DNA of 64,000 nt, from positions 27,581 through 91,580 of IMG/VR virus record IMGVR_UViG_3300022927_001696. The stretch is one strand, 5' to 3'. The translations under genes were made by a program, and so were the position numbers. Positions 1 to 14,200 of the stretch are shown one piece after another (positions within the stretch are counted from its first letter, which is position 1; each line of letters starts with the position of its first letter). Below the pieces are notes generated by a model. The model had not been told where the DNA came from and made no database searches. It saw only the letters and a program-made list of their open reading frames with translations. This DNA comes from a virus.

Positions 1-1
1 T

Positions 2-2296
2 GAAGATGTTCCCTTAAATTGGACTGCACATGAAGTTATTGTTACATTAAGAAAAGAATTTGATAGTGCAGAAATATCTTCAATACAACAGCAGATAGAA
101 GATAAGAAAACGTTTGGCATAGGATACATGTTGACTAATAAATCTACATCTCTTTTAGCAGATAAATGGTATGTAATAGAAAATGAAAATTTAGATAAAA
201 CAAGTCCATACAACGTATCCAATGCAGGTAGCACAACGGGCTCACCAATAGATGCAAGTTGGGTAGTATTATTTAATTACGTTCCAATAGATGATAATTC
301 ATACAAGTATGATGTATCCATACGAGGTGAACAATATATATTACAAAGTGCTAAAGATATAAAATTTTACAATATCAAAAATATAAAAGTTGTAGATTCT
401 AATAATAAAGCAAACACAGATAAAATTACAATCACAACATTTAACGATAAACCCGGCAGTAGTGAAGTATTTAGATGGTACGACAGTACAGGTAATGGAA
501 TAGGCGATACCTGGTACAGTGAAGAGACTGCTTCTACTACCACACCAAACGGATTTGAAATAAATCTTCCATTAAGAACAAGAAATCAAAAATGGTATGA
601 TGTTGAATTTAACTGGGTCAGTAACTTTGGTATTTTAAAATCAGAGGGAGAATCCAATGTTTCAGTAATTACTGCAGAAAATGAATTTGTTCATGAAGCA
701 GTAGTTCCAATTAATACATATTTTGATAACGGTGATGCGGCCGCACTTACACCAAATGTAACTATAGCAAATAATTTGGGTAGAGTAAATAGAGTACCTA
801 GTAACGTAAATGTATCATTTAATAATGCAACATTCGGCTTTAATATTTTAGATGGGTCTGGAAATGTACATTACAAGCAATTAAATTCAGGCACAGGAGT
901 CGTAGAATTTTATCAGGCAAATAATAGTGGAGCCACAAAAAGTTTTGGTACAGACGGAGCAACTTATAATGCTAGTGCAGATGGGCATTTAATATTAACA
1001 AGCTCAAATACATCCACACAATCAGGCACATTCCTATATGAAGATTTAGATAATAATAATCATCTTTTAGCACAAGATTCTACTGCTGTAACAAGTACAG
1101 ATAAAATAAGATTGGATTATGTGAATTATAAAGAAAGATTAGACACTAACATAGATTGGCATATAGTTGATACTGTTATAGAAGATGACGGGTATACCGA
1201 TAGATCTAAAGTTGTAATTGCGCCTTTTGATACTGATAACGATTTGATCCCGGATAGACCGTTACAATTTTATGAATTTGTTGATACTGATGACTTAGTT
1301 TATTTAGAAAAGTATTTAGACTTTGATGGATATAGTTATGATGTCCCATCTTCAGGAAAAATTTTAGATTACCGTAAAGAAACATCTGTTAATTTGGACA
1401 TAGGTTCAGATACAATAAGTCCTACATCTTATAGTGACCCAGTTGATATAAGTGGTAATGATATAGCATGGATATCAGTTGTAAGTAAATCTATATTAGA
1501 GAATGATTTAGAAAATGACAGTGGTAAACTTTCCGGTACAAAGGTATATGTTGAATCAGAAGATAAGGTATATTTACTCACACCTAATAGTACGAATACA
1601 TTACAGATTAGAGGTGTTGTAACAACAGATTGTTCTGTAAGAAACGGTAGAGGGGAAACACAAAATACACTTTTACCAGTTAAAAATGCAATGATATTTA
1701 AATGGAATCATGTTGCTGATAAGAATGTAAGAATTGATCCCAGTATCAGCAATGTTGTAGAATTTTTAGTATTGACTGAAACATATAATGACCAAGTACA
1801 AAGATACCTAAATGTTCCTGGAACTGCCTTCCCATTACCTCCAACAAGTAATGATCTTGCATTAGAATTTGCAGATCTAAATCAATTTAAAACAGCAAGT
1901 GATATACTAGTATATAAAAGCGGTAAATTTAAACTTTTATTTGGCAACGATGCAAGTCCGGAATTGAGGGCAAAATTCAGAGTAGTAAAATTAAACGAAA
2001 GATTTAGTGATAACGAAATTAAAACAAGAATTATTAGAGCATTTAATAGATATTTTGACCCAACAAATTGGAACTTTGGGGAAACATTTTATTTTACAGA
2101 ATTAAGTTCTTTTATACACAGTCAATTAGGCAATAGTATAGGTAGTATAGTGATTTTACCTAAAAACACAAATGGAAAATTTGGTGATCTATTTTCAGTA
2201 AAAGCAGAATCAGATGAAATATTCTTAAGTACTGCAAGTGTATCTGATATAGAGGTAGTTAGTAAAATTACAGAACAAACATTAAAAACTAGATAA
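2..2296 (+). CDS. Baseplate wedge-like virion protein, 5'-truncated (frame is open from the window start)
   Basis: No stop upstream of the track's Met at 128 (EDVPLNWTAHEV...). The C-terminus (RIDPSISN, NWNFGETFYFTELSSFIH) resembles wedge proteins of large myoviruses. Lies directly upstream of the giant virion gene. Confidence 0.65.
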   Translation, partial: EDVPLNWTAHEVIVTLRKEFDSAEISSIQQQIEDKKTFGIGYMLTNKSTSLLADKWYVIENENLDKTSPYNVSNAGSTTGSPIDASWVVLFNYVPIDDNSYKYDVSIRGEQYILQSAKDIKFYNIKNIKVVDSNNKANTDKITITTFNDKPGSSEVFRWYDSTGNGIGDTWYSEETASTTTPNGFEINLPLRTRNQKWYDVEFNWVSNFGILKSEGESNVSVITAENEFVHEAVVPINTYFDNGDAAALTPNVTIANNLGRVNRVPSNVNVSFNNATFGFNILDGSGNVHYKQLNSGTGVVEFYQANNSGATKSFGTDGATYNASADGHLILTSSNTSTQSGTFLYEDLDNNNHLLAQDSTAVTSTDKIRLDYVNYKERLDTNIDWHIVDTVIEDDGYTDRSKVVIAPFDTDNDLIPDRPLQFYEFVDTDDLVYLEKYLDFDGYSYDVPSSGKILDYRKETSVNLDIGSDTISPTSYSDPVDISGNDIAWISVVSKSILENDLENDSGKLSGTKVYVESEDKVYLLTPNSTNTLQIRGVVTTDCSVRNGRGETQNTLLPVKNAMIFKWNHVADKNVRIDPSISNVVEFLVLTETYNDQVQRYLNVPGTAFPLPPTSNDLALEFADLNQFKTASDILVYKSGKFKLLFGNDASPELRAKFRVVKLNERFSDNEIKTRIIRAFNRYFDPTNWNFGETFYFTELSSFIHSQLGNSIGSIVILPKNTNGKFGDLFSVKAESDEIFLSTASVSDIEVVSKITEQTLKTR

Positions 2297-5200
2297 TGGC
2301 AGATAAATTATATAAAAAGTTACCAGGCATATTGCAAACGGATGCTACAAAGAATTTCTTTGAAAGTACTGTTGAGCAACTCTTCAGTAAAGCAAATGTT
2401 GAAGTAATTAATGGTTATGTAGGGTTACAGAAGTCTGAAGACTTCGATGTAACATCTGAGTTTTTAAGAGAAAGCACAGCAACTAGACAGCATTATGCAT
2501 TAAGTCCTGCTGTTAATACTTTAAATGCAAATACCAATGCCAGTGAAAATTTAATCTTTTATGATGAATTTTTAGATACTTTAAAAATTAGCGGAACTGG
2601 AACCAATAATCAAAATAGATTATTCAGTACAGATTATTCTTCTTTCCTTCCCCCTATAGATATTGATAAATTTGTAAATTATCAAGAGTACTATTGGAGT
2701 TATGATCAACTACCAGCAATAAGAATTTCTGGAACAGTAGATAATCCTATAGATATAGATGTTGATATTATTGGTAAGAAGTCATTCACATCAGCAAATG
2801 GAGTAACATTAAAATCAGGAATGAGAATTATTTTTGATGGTGGATATGTTATACCAGACACCAAAACTACAGCAGAATATTTTGTTGAAGGTGTAGGTGA
2901 ATCTATAAGACTTATAGATACAAACGAAAATGTAGAAACACCTTTTAGTACAGCAACATTAACAGCCTGGGATAGTACAGCATTCACAAGCAATGACAGT
3001 AATGTGGCATACACAGCCGGTAACATATCCTCTGTAAGTGTTTTACATGGCGGCATTGGTTATATAAACCCTGTGGTAAATTTTATAGGTGCTAATACAT
3101 CTGTTGCTTCTGCAACTGCAAATGTGGATAGCAATGGCACAATAACTGATGTTACTGTAACTAATACAGGTGCAAATTATAGTGCACCAATAAGCATACA
3201 AATATCCAGTGATTCCATTACAACAAGTTTAAATTCAGGAAATACCTTTGTAACATTTTTAAATGAAAGTATTTCACAAATTGCACCTTACAAAACAATT
3301 TCTGTAGATAGCACAAACGATGTTTTTGCTGGACAACAATTTAGCCTTAATGGCGAAACAAGAACTATAGAAACTGTTAATAATGCTAGTATTATTGCTA
3401 TAGAAAACATAACAAATCAATATGATTCCAGCAGAACTCCAGGTAGTTACATAGTAAATGGCACCGGCGGTTCAGGGTCTGGACAAGAATTTATTGTAGA
3501 TGTTGTTGGGCCTAATGCAGACGGTATTGTTGAAGTCGGAAATATCACATTAAGCAACACTTCCTTAACCGGTACTTATCCAATAGATTTTAGGTCTGCT
3601 AATAGTTTTATAGCAGGTAATATAACAACATCAGGCACTGGAGCAAATGCATATTTGTCCGTAACTTTGGACGGCAGTGGCGGTGCAGATATTGAGATTG
3701 TTAAGGGCGGAGATGGTTTTGTAGAAAATGATACTATTACTATAAGTGATAATATTTTAGGTGGCGACGGTTCAGGTAATTTAGAGCTCGTTGTAACAGA
3801 TGCCGTTACTGTAGGCGATACATTTATTTCACTTAGCAAGAACGGAAGCGGTTTTATTGTTGGTGAAACAATAACTATATCAGACAGTGATTTAGGCGGC
3901 GGCGGCGCAAACAACATTACTTTTGATATTGCAAGAATAGGTGATACTCTCACTATAGACGAAGAAATATATTTAGACGGCACAAGTAACGGGAATATAC
4001 AATTCATTGCTAACGGATTCCAAGCAAGTATACAAACAAGTATGTTTACACTTACATCTGATGCAAATGGTTCTGTAATTACCGGTGTTTCCTCTATGGC
4101 ACTTGCCGGAGTTAATCCAACAACAGGAGAATTTTATCTTAGTGGTAGTCCAGATTTTGGAGAGAATTTCGGTTGGGACATAGATACAGATAGTAGCCTG
4201 CCTGGTGGCGACGCGGAAGGCGATATTCCATGGGGAGGTAGAACAACTCAAGATAATCCAGATTATAATGTAGTAGGAAGAGGGGCATCTAATAAAAATA
4301 TCTGGAGTAGGGTAAACTTCTGGCATCATGCAGATAACTTTAAAGAAGCAGGAGTTGATTTACCTGGTGCAGAATATAGAGCTAAAAGACCAATTATAGA
4401 ATTTGATTATTCACTGGAAATGTTTAATACAGGAAACCTATCAGTTGGTGTCGTAAATATTGTAAGTAACGAATTTAATAAAGATGATATAGACGGAACC
4501 ATATCATCCGATACTGTTGATAATAGTCCATTAAGTATTGGTTCAACTATTATTTTCCCTAACGACGAAGACAACAAAAAGTACATATTTAAAATTGCCC
4601 ATGTAGGCGGAAATATCAGTTTATCAAAAATAGGCGACCCTATAAGTAATCCTGCAGATACAGAAGAAGGAGATGTAGGATTTATTCCTTTTGAATTTAA
4701 AGAAGGAATGCAAGTCAGTATAAAATCAGGCGCTTTGGGTAGAGGATTAGAATATCACTTTAAAGACAATAACTTAATTTTAGCACAGTCTAAATTAAAA
4801 TTACATCAGGCGCCTTTATTTAATTTATATAATGATGAAGGAAAATATTTAGGTGACGAGCTTTTATTTAAAGACAATACCTTTATTGGCTCTAAGATTT
4901 TTAATTACAAAGTCGGCACAGGCACAGATGATAGTGTTTTAAATTTCCCATTGTCATATAAACCTTTTACGAACTCTGCAGAAATAGAATTTCAAAACTT
5001 TTTAGAAACAGATAGAACAAATTATATTCCAGTAGGCTCAACATCAGAAACAGAAATTTTAGGTTACTATTATTTTAAATCTCAAAACGGGTACAGTAAT
5101 AACTGGAAGATGTCTGATTCTAAATCTATGCAAGATATTAAAACTTTTTATCATATAAACACTTTTAATATAAAGGATAAAAATACAAAATATTATATAG

Positions 5201-8200
5201 GATGTGAACCTAATATAAATTCTAATAAGTCTAGTGGGTATGACATAACCGTATTAAAAAATGGTAGTGAAATAAAAGATTACACTTACGTTGGAAAAGG
5301 ATTTATAGAATTTAATACTTTCAATTTTATTGCAAAAGATATTATAGAAATAATTGCTAAATCAGATTCTGGATTATTAAATGAAAGATCTATAAGTAAG
5401 TATACCATACCTTTAAACTGGTCTAGAAATCCGGATAAAGAAAATATAACATTTATTTCAGAACCAGAGTATTTAGGTCATTTTACCAATTTAATCAAAG
5501 GGCAAGAAAATTTTACTGGTAAAGAATTAGAAGCAAATAATTTTAAAGATACAGCAAAAAATTCTAAATTTGCTACAGACATAGTAAATGTTGAAGAGGA
5601 TTTAAGATTAGGAGCATTTTTATTAGATGATCAACCACATAACTTATTAGAAGCAATAAGATTTAGTGAAAGAGAATACACTAAGTACAAAAATAGATTA
5701 AGATCTGAAGTAACAAAATATTATAATTCTTTTGATGTAAATGAATTTACAAATGAATATATACTTAATCAAGTTTTAAGAAATGTATTATCTCTTAATG
5801 TAGGTAATAATACTTTTCAACAAACATACATAGTTCCCTTTGGAGATAATTATATAGAAGAATCATTTATAATAAATGATGTATCTCTTAGATCCTTCAC
5901 AATGACTGCCTATGAGGATTTAAAAAAATTAGAAAACAGTTTATTGGTCTATAAGGCCAGAGGCAATACACATACTCTTTTAACAATAAATGAAGAATTC
6001 ACTCTAGATTCTTATAACCCTATTAAAATTACATTAAACGCCAATTTAGATATTGAATTGGGTGATATTATATATTTAAAACTTTATAATAAAGATAGAG
6101 ATAGTGCCCAATGCCCACCTACACCAAGTGCAATGGGTCTTTATCCTCTTACATTACCAGTAATAGAAAAGGATTATTCTTTTAAAGAAGAAATTAGTGT
6201 GCTAGTAGGACACGATGGTTCAAGAAGCACTCTATTTGGTGATGCCAGAGACGATATAATTTTAGAATTTGAAAAGCGAATTTATAACTCGGCAATTGAA
6301 GAACTAATTGATGCAAACAGTTTACCCTCATTAAATATTTTTAATGTAAGAGCCGGAGCATTTAGAAAAACAAATTTCAGTAATAGTGAGTGGTTTGATT
6401 TGTTATCAAATAATTTTTCTAATTGGGTTAAAGATAACAACGTTGATCCGGTAATAAATGAAACATATAATTCATCTGATAGTTGGACATGGAATTTTAG
6501 GGGTTCTCAAGATATACCTGGATACTGGAAGGGCTGGTATGAATACTATTACGATACAGTAAGACCTCATACTCACCCTTGGGAAATGTTAGGTTTTACA
6601 GAAAAACCAAGTTGGTGGGAAGATGAATATGGTACAGATTATACTTCCACAAACACAGCATTGTGGGACGATTTAGAATTAGGTATTATTAGAAAAGGCC
6701 CTAGAGCAAACTTTGTAGATAACTCTTATTTGGATTTACCAAACAACCCATGTGCTAGAATAGGATTACACGAAGTAATTCCTGTAGACGGTAATGGAAA
6801 TCTAATATCACCTTATGATATTATATCAACAGGTAGCACTACATTAAAAACTGTATGGACAAATGCATTTGTTTCAAATACATTCCCAGGAAATACCTTT
6901 ATAAACAATGATGGTAGTTTAAACAATGGTGTATCTGTATCTACAGATGCATCAAACATTTACATTTCTAGTAATGCATTAGTAAACCATGATATTAATC
7001 TTACTACAAATAATGTAGGACATAATGAATTAGAAGAACAAATTATTAGTTACAATGTTCCTTTTACATCGATATCAGGAATTAATTCAGTAACATCAAA
7101 TCCAACAAGTATGCCAGAATATGCAATAGGGGTATTAGTAAACGGTCTCCCATTATACAATGTTGCATCAGAAAACAGTTTTGATAACGGTAACACTTGG
7201 CATTATAATAAATTATTATCTGAACACAGTGATTTAGAATTAGGCCATACTGATGAAAAAGGCCTTTTACATTATTATAAACCTAGTCCACAAATTCTAG
7301 GACTAGATGAATGGAGTACTGACGAGCATTCCCCTATAGTAGGCTGGAGTTTTGATGGTATTCCAATTTATGGACCTTATGGGTATACAGAATATGAAGC
7401 AAATGGCGACATAAAAGATAATACAATAACAAATATAAAGAGTTGCTTTAGATTGAGACTTGGAGACAGGATTTCAACTCCAAAAGGTTCTTATTCAGGT
7501 TACTTTGTAGAAGATTACGAATATGACAGTTCAAAAGAAGGTATACCAGGACATACCGGTAGCACAAGTTCAGGTTCATATGGAAAATACAATTTAAGAT
7601 ATGGTATTACGCCTGACTCCAATGGAACGCCTATACAGTTTTATGTTGCTACACAAGATGATAACGGTGAACCGATGTTCCCTTATGCTATAGGTGGCGG
7701 AACAAAAACACATTCAGGTGGAAACTTAGTATATGCTAATAAGTATTATGGAACACCTCAAGATATTGCTAATAATACATTATCAAAAGGTTACGAAAAT
7801 ACAAGTGCTTCTGAAATTGTAAGAACAATAAAGACTATAGATAAATCAAGTACAGACAAAATCAATGATTCATGGATGCTTGGTGACGGTGCTCCAGTAG
7901 AAAATGCATGGAAGTATAGTTCATCTTATCCATTCGCTATTACTACAGCATTATTACTTGCAAAACCAGGTAGATTTGCAACAGTATTTGCTGATCCTAT
8001 TAATGTAGTAAGCACAAATATAGAAAAGAAAAGATTAATACATAAAAATACCAGAAGATCTTGGAATTTTAAAGATTCAACTGATTTTATAATACACGGT
8101 AGTAGAGATACTAACGGTAATTTCGTTTCAAATGTTGGTTATACACAATTTATAAAATCATATTTAAATTATCAAGGATTAGAAATACAAGATAATTTTA

Positions 8201-11200
8201 TTACACCATTAAAAACTTTAAATATTAAATTAGCTCACAGAATGAGTGGATTTATTGATAAAGATACATCAACTATAAGAACTGATCAATATAGTATAAC
8301 TGGTTCGGCAAGAACATTGATAATACCTTCAGAAAACATATCAATAAATGTTCACGACTCAGCATACAAATCAAGAAATTCCTATACAGGTGTAATTATA
8401 GAAAAAACAACTAATGGATATAAGGTACGTGGATACGATAGAAGTTTTAGTTACTTTACAATATTAGAAAGTGATAAAAATGGTAGAAAACAAAGTATAG
8501 AAAGAGGCGGAAAGCCGGCTGACTATGTAAATTGGTCAACTAATCAGTCATTTAATATTAATACCATTGTAAAATATTTAAATTCTTATTATATTGCTAA
8601 AGAAAAGATACCAGCAAGTTCAAGTTTTGATAAATCACTGTGGTCAAGGCTACCTTCACTACCACAAATCGGAGGTGCTAAAGGTGTCTATTACAATGAT
8701 ACAACAGGATTTACAAGACGTGTAAATTATGATACAGAATACACAAAAGTTGAAGATTTATTTGATTTTCTTGTAAGTTTAGGAAGATATCAAAAATCTT
8801 TAGGTTATTCTTTTGGAGAATATGATACAACTATTAATGATGTGAGAGATTGGGCATATGCGGCGGAACAATTCTTGTTTTGGACAACAGGCGGCTGGGA
8901 AATAGGTAATACTTTAGAATTATCTCCTATGGCATCCAATGTGATATTTGAAAACAGTAATGAATTTGTCGCAAAAATTAATAAAACTGATAAAAACCAG
9001 TTTACTTTGTTAGATCAAGACGGAATATCTATATCTCCAGAAGAATGTAGTATTTTAAGAGAAAATAATAGAATAGAAATTACTCCACCACAGGGTAGAC
9101 AAATTTATAGTGCTGTATTATTCACAAAACAAATAGAACATGCTCTTATTCTTGATAATTTAACAGATTTCAATGATACCATTTACAATCCTTTACTAAA
9201 CCAACGACAGGATAGGATTTTTATTAAAGGTAAAAGAACATTAGGTTGGACAGGTCGTTTCAGTAGTGAAGGATACATTATAGACAATGATGAATTACAA
9301 CCTAATTTAGATAATGCTACAAGCACAATGGGAGACTACCATACATTAGGGTTTATACCTGTAGACAAAGACGTTTATGTGGCATCCAGAAGCCTTTTTG
9401 GATTTGAAGAAAGATCTTACCTAACAGATTTAGATATTTTAGATGACGATCAATTTGAATTCTATAAAGGTATGCTACAAAGCAAAGGAACAGAACAAAG
9501 TTTATCACAAATAGGAAGAAGTAGCTCTATTGTACAAGGTAATATTACAGTTTACAGCGAATGGGCCTTAAAAACAGGTGAATTTGGTGATACAGATAAC
9601 GAACAAAGTTTAGAATTAAAAATAGACAAGCACGAAATAGTTCAAGACCCACAATTATTTAAATTAGAATTTCCTGAAGACGTTACCGGTATAATTAAAG
9701 ATATTGTAATCACAGAAAACAAACACAAGTATTTTACAGTACCTTCTTTGGAAATATCTGCTCCAACTAAAGAACCCAAAGAACAGGCAACTGGATTAGT
9801 TACTTTAGATAGTGACGGACTTATATCAAGTGCAACAATCACAAATCAAGGTAGTGGATACGAATCTCAAAACGCAGTTGCAAAAGTCTTAGCAGGAAAT
9901 ATTAATATATCAGATACTTCTACTACATTTAATGTTGTAATTGCACAAAGTTCTGCATTATTTGGTAATGCTAACGTAGTAGGCATATCAGATATAGAAA
10001 TTACAGACCATTTTGGTAATGGATTAGCAACAAACATAGATTTAAGTTCAGCAAACACAGTGATAGACGTTGTATCAGCAATTAATTCTAATAGCATAAC
10101 AAATGCTAATGTTGTAGCAAGTTCAGTGGAATCATTTGATGCAAACAGCAATACAAACTTTTATGTATTACAGATAACTGGTAATGATTTTACATTAGGC
10201 GGTTCAGGGTTAGCAAATCTTAATATTTCTGCAGATAGATATCAACCTAAACAAAGATATGCTATAGATATCGCTGGAAATACTTCAGCAGGAACAGGAG
10301 CAACAGTTAAATCAGATATATTGGTATATGTTGATAACACTTTGGTTAGCGATACAAATTACGACTATGATGCAGGTGATAGATGGCAATTCACAACATC
10401 ATCTATAATTACATCTGGAAATTATGTACAAAATATATTAAATCCAGGTTCTGAAAATAGTAGTTCTGCATTTGCATCTGAAAATATTGTACAAGTAGAT
10501 GGAAAATATCCTTTTGTAGATGTTTATGTAAATGGCACCAAATTAATTAATGATACAAATCAAACACAATACACAGTTGCCAATACTACAGCAATCACTT
10601 TCCCTGATGTTACAAATTTACCAGGTGGAAAACTTGATACAAACGCAAATGTTTATATTGTGGAACGTGCAACTATAGATTTTGTTGATGCTTATCAGGG
10701 AGACATACCAGGAAAAACTTTACAAATAAAAGTACAAACAAATGATGGTATTGCCTTTACATATGGTGAGAAAAAATTATATACTATAACACCAGATATA
10801 GAAAACGACGAAATTATTACTATAGATATAGACGATAACGAAAGATTCCTTAAGAAACCAACAGGTGCTAGAAACAATAAATTATGGCCTACTACAGATA
10901 AAGTAAATTATTCAGGTGTAACAGATTCTGATTATAGAACTTTACCAAATGCAGGTTACGTTTTAAGGAATAATGTAGATTATCAGGCATATGGTGTTAC
11001 AGATATAGCAGATCTTTTTGATGTAGATAGATTATATAAACCAAGTAAAGACAATTTAATACATGTGGCATCAAGTGAGAACAAAGACTGGAACGTTTAT
11101 AAATTAAGACAGCCAGCCAATAGCCAAATATCTTTTGTAGAACAAGAGTCCATAGATGATACAGCATATCTATATTCTACATCTAATTTATTTGATTATA

Positions 11201-14200
11201 TAGACAGTAATCAATTGCAACAAAACGATTTATCAAGGTATTTAGATTATACATTAGTACTTAAAAAGGCAAGTATTACAGATAATTTAGTGATTTGGAC
11301 AAACCAAGAAATAGTTGATAAAAAATCTGCAATGATTAGAGATTTTGGTGCAGTATCAATGTTGCAAACAGATGTTGCGAACGTAACTCCTATTGATACA
11401 TATGAGATAACAAATATTCAACCTGCTTTTTCACAAGTAATTGAAGGGACAGCAACAGTAGGTGCAAACAGCACGGTTACAATCAGTTATAATCAGGGTG
11501 CACCTAAAAACGGAGACACAGTACGAATAGTTGATATTGCTGACAACAATCAAACATATAGTGCAAGTAATATAGCTCACAAAGATTACGGTAATGCAAA
11601 TTTATCACCGGCACCCGGAGCAGTCTATAATAGTTATATAGAGGTAACAACAAATGCGGCAAATGTTGCTAACATTGTGCCTAATGTGACGCCTATTGTT
11701 TTAACATTTACAGCAAGTGATTATGATGGTATAGAAGTTGAAGACGTTTTAGAAGAAGTATTTGTTGCGAGTAATGTAAATTATGCAACAGGCGTATTTG
11801 AAATTTACAGTGATTCTGCTGTGTTCCAATCCTATTTTGGAAATGTTGTTCATGATTCCAATATAGCAAATATAACCAGTAATATAACAAATATAAGTTA
11901 TTCAATAGATGTTAAGAGTAACATTCATAATCAACAGTATACAATAAGTAATGTAAATCCAAATACAAGTACATTTACAATTACTGATGCAAATGTAACG
12001 GCAAATGTTTCACCAGTTATGGTTGAATATTTCAATAAATGTGAACTTACCGTATTGCCTATTATTGCAAATACAACATCATATATGCACAATTTAGTTG
12101 CAGGAGATGTAATTAAAGTATTCTCACAAAATATCAGAGGGTACTATAACGTTCAAGATGCAACAGAAGAAACTATTATTATTAATGCACCTTATGATTC
12201 AAATATTGCAACAACAGGAAAAATTGTTACAAGAGGTGTAGATATACAAACAACCGAAAATCATAATTTAGATAAAAAGTATAAAGGCAAACGTGTTATG
12301 ATACACAATGCTGATAATAGATATTATAACCAGTTGTACAGAGTATTCAATGTTATTAATGACAATACAATAAGAAACACAGAAATATTTGCATACGAGC
12401 CAGGAAGAACCGAATTAGCAAATGCAATACTTACAACATTAGATCACGATGTTGTTAAGTTAAATAATACATCTATTAAAATAGACAACATATCCAGTGT
12501 TCCTGCTATTGCTGACAGTATAAACAGAACGCAGGCTATTAAACGTGGGTTTACAACCAGTGATACATTTGGATTAAGTTTCCCAATGCTTACAAATGGT
12601 ATAAACAATCTAGGATTTAAACCTTTAGATTTTGCAGGTAGTATACCATATGTCACAAAATTTGATAGAGAGGCATTAGAAAATTTAACCATAGCAGGTG
12701 GGTTACCCATAGCAAAAAATTTACCAACTGGATTTACTAAAGATAAAATAAAAGGAAATGAATTAGAGCCTAAGTATATAGAAGCAATGTCTAATAGAGA
12801 TGGAGTTCCTAATCCGATGACTTTTATAGAACCAATCGGGCAAGGTTCTAACTTACCATACAATCAACCAGTACAGAGTCCTATCAACAAAACTATTGAT
12901 CCTTATGTAGCACCAATTGATTATGGAGAGCCTAAGGATACAATTACAGAAGTTCCTGTTGTGAGAATAACAAGTAAAGGTGCTTCAAGACTAAAAGGTG
13001 TAGATAAAAATCCTAGATTAGGTAACAGGGAATCAGTTGTTTTGACAGCAAGTGTATTAGATACAGCACCAAAGAAAAAATGTGGTCCTGAGTGTTCAAC
13101 AACAAGATACAGAGGAACAAGAAAAGAAGATATTAAAAATCCAGTAACATGCTATACTGGTGTTAATCTTACAAACTGGTCAGTGAACGGAACAGGTAAA
13201 GACGAAAGAAAATGGCAGTCACAATACAGTGGATTTTATACCCCAACTAATTCTGCAGGTGGTAGTCATGGTAGTATTGGTTTCCAGAAACTTGGTATTG
13301 CTGGTGCAAAAACATGGAGTGATAACGGTTCTACAGAAAGTATCACAATGTCATTTACAAGTCAGACAAAAGGCACAATATACATACATGTATATCAAAT
13401 AGGTAAAGGAAGTTACGATACAACAAGAATAAGTGTTTCAGGAGGTTCACCTGATTTTAGCACTTTACCAGGTTATTATATTGGTAAGACTGAAAGAGCA
13501 GGTAGTGTATCACGAAATATAATTAGACTTGATTTAGAAGAAGGCGACAATATCACAATAACTGGAACTGTTAAGGGAGGTAGTAATCACTGGCATGCAT
13601 TAGAATTCCATTTATCCGCTCAAGAAGCCTCATTTAATACTTGTAGTCTTCCTCAAACAGACAATTCTGAAGAAGACTCTGGAACAGCAAATGCCCCATC
13701 TACTGGAACAGATACAGATAGAAAAATATTTGCTTATCATTATAAGGGTACTAGTATAGGATTCCCCTGGTGGTCTCAAGAAGAAAAAAGAAATCATTTT
13801 TATTCAGTTTCAAATGGCGGACTAGGCACATTGTTATTTGAACACTGGGGCATAGCAGATGCCATAAATATTTTCCAAGGTAAAGACAAAGAAAGTTGTA
13901 GTAAGTTAATCGGGCAATCTAATTTAGATCAATTAAGAAAATTAACAAGTGAAGAAAAAGATCTACTTATGCATGGGGAATTATGGGGGACAAGTGGTAC
14001 CAAAAATTTTGCTAAGACTCCATTTACAGGCGGTTTTAAACCTGAAAGTAAAATCACAAATAAAAGATACGGAGTAAGAGGTTCAGGTGCTTTAGACTTT
14101 AATATAAATGAAGAAGACGGAAAATTCTTGAGGATAGAAGTATACGGAAAAAGCACTTATCATCATGCATTACAACTACCAAATGTAATTCCAGATATAG

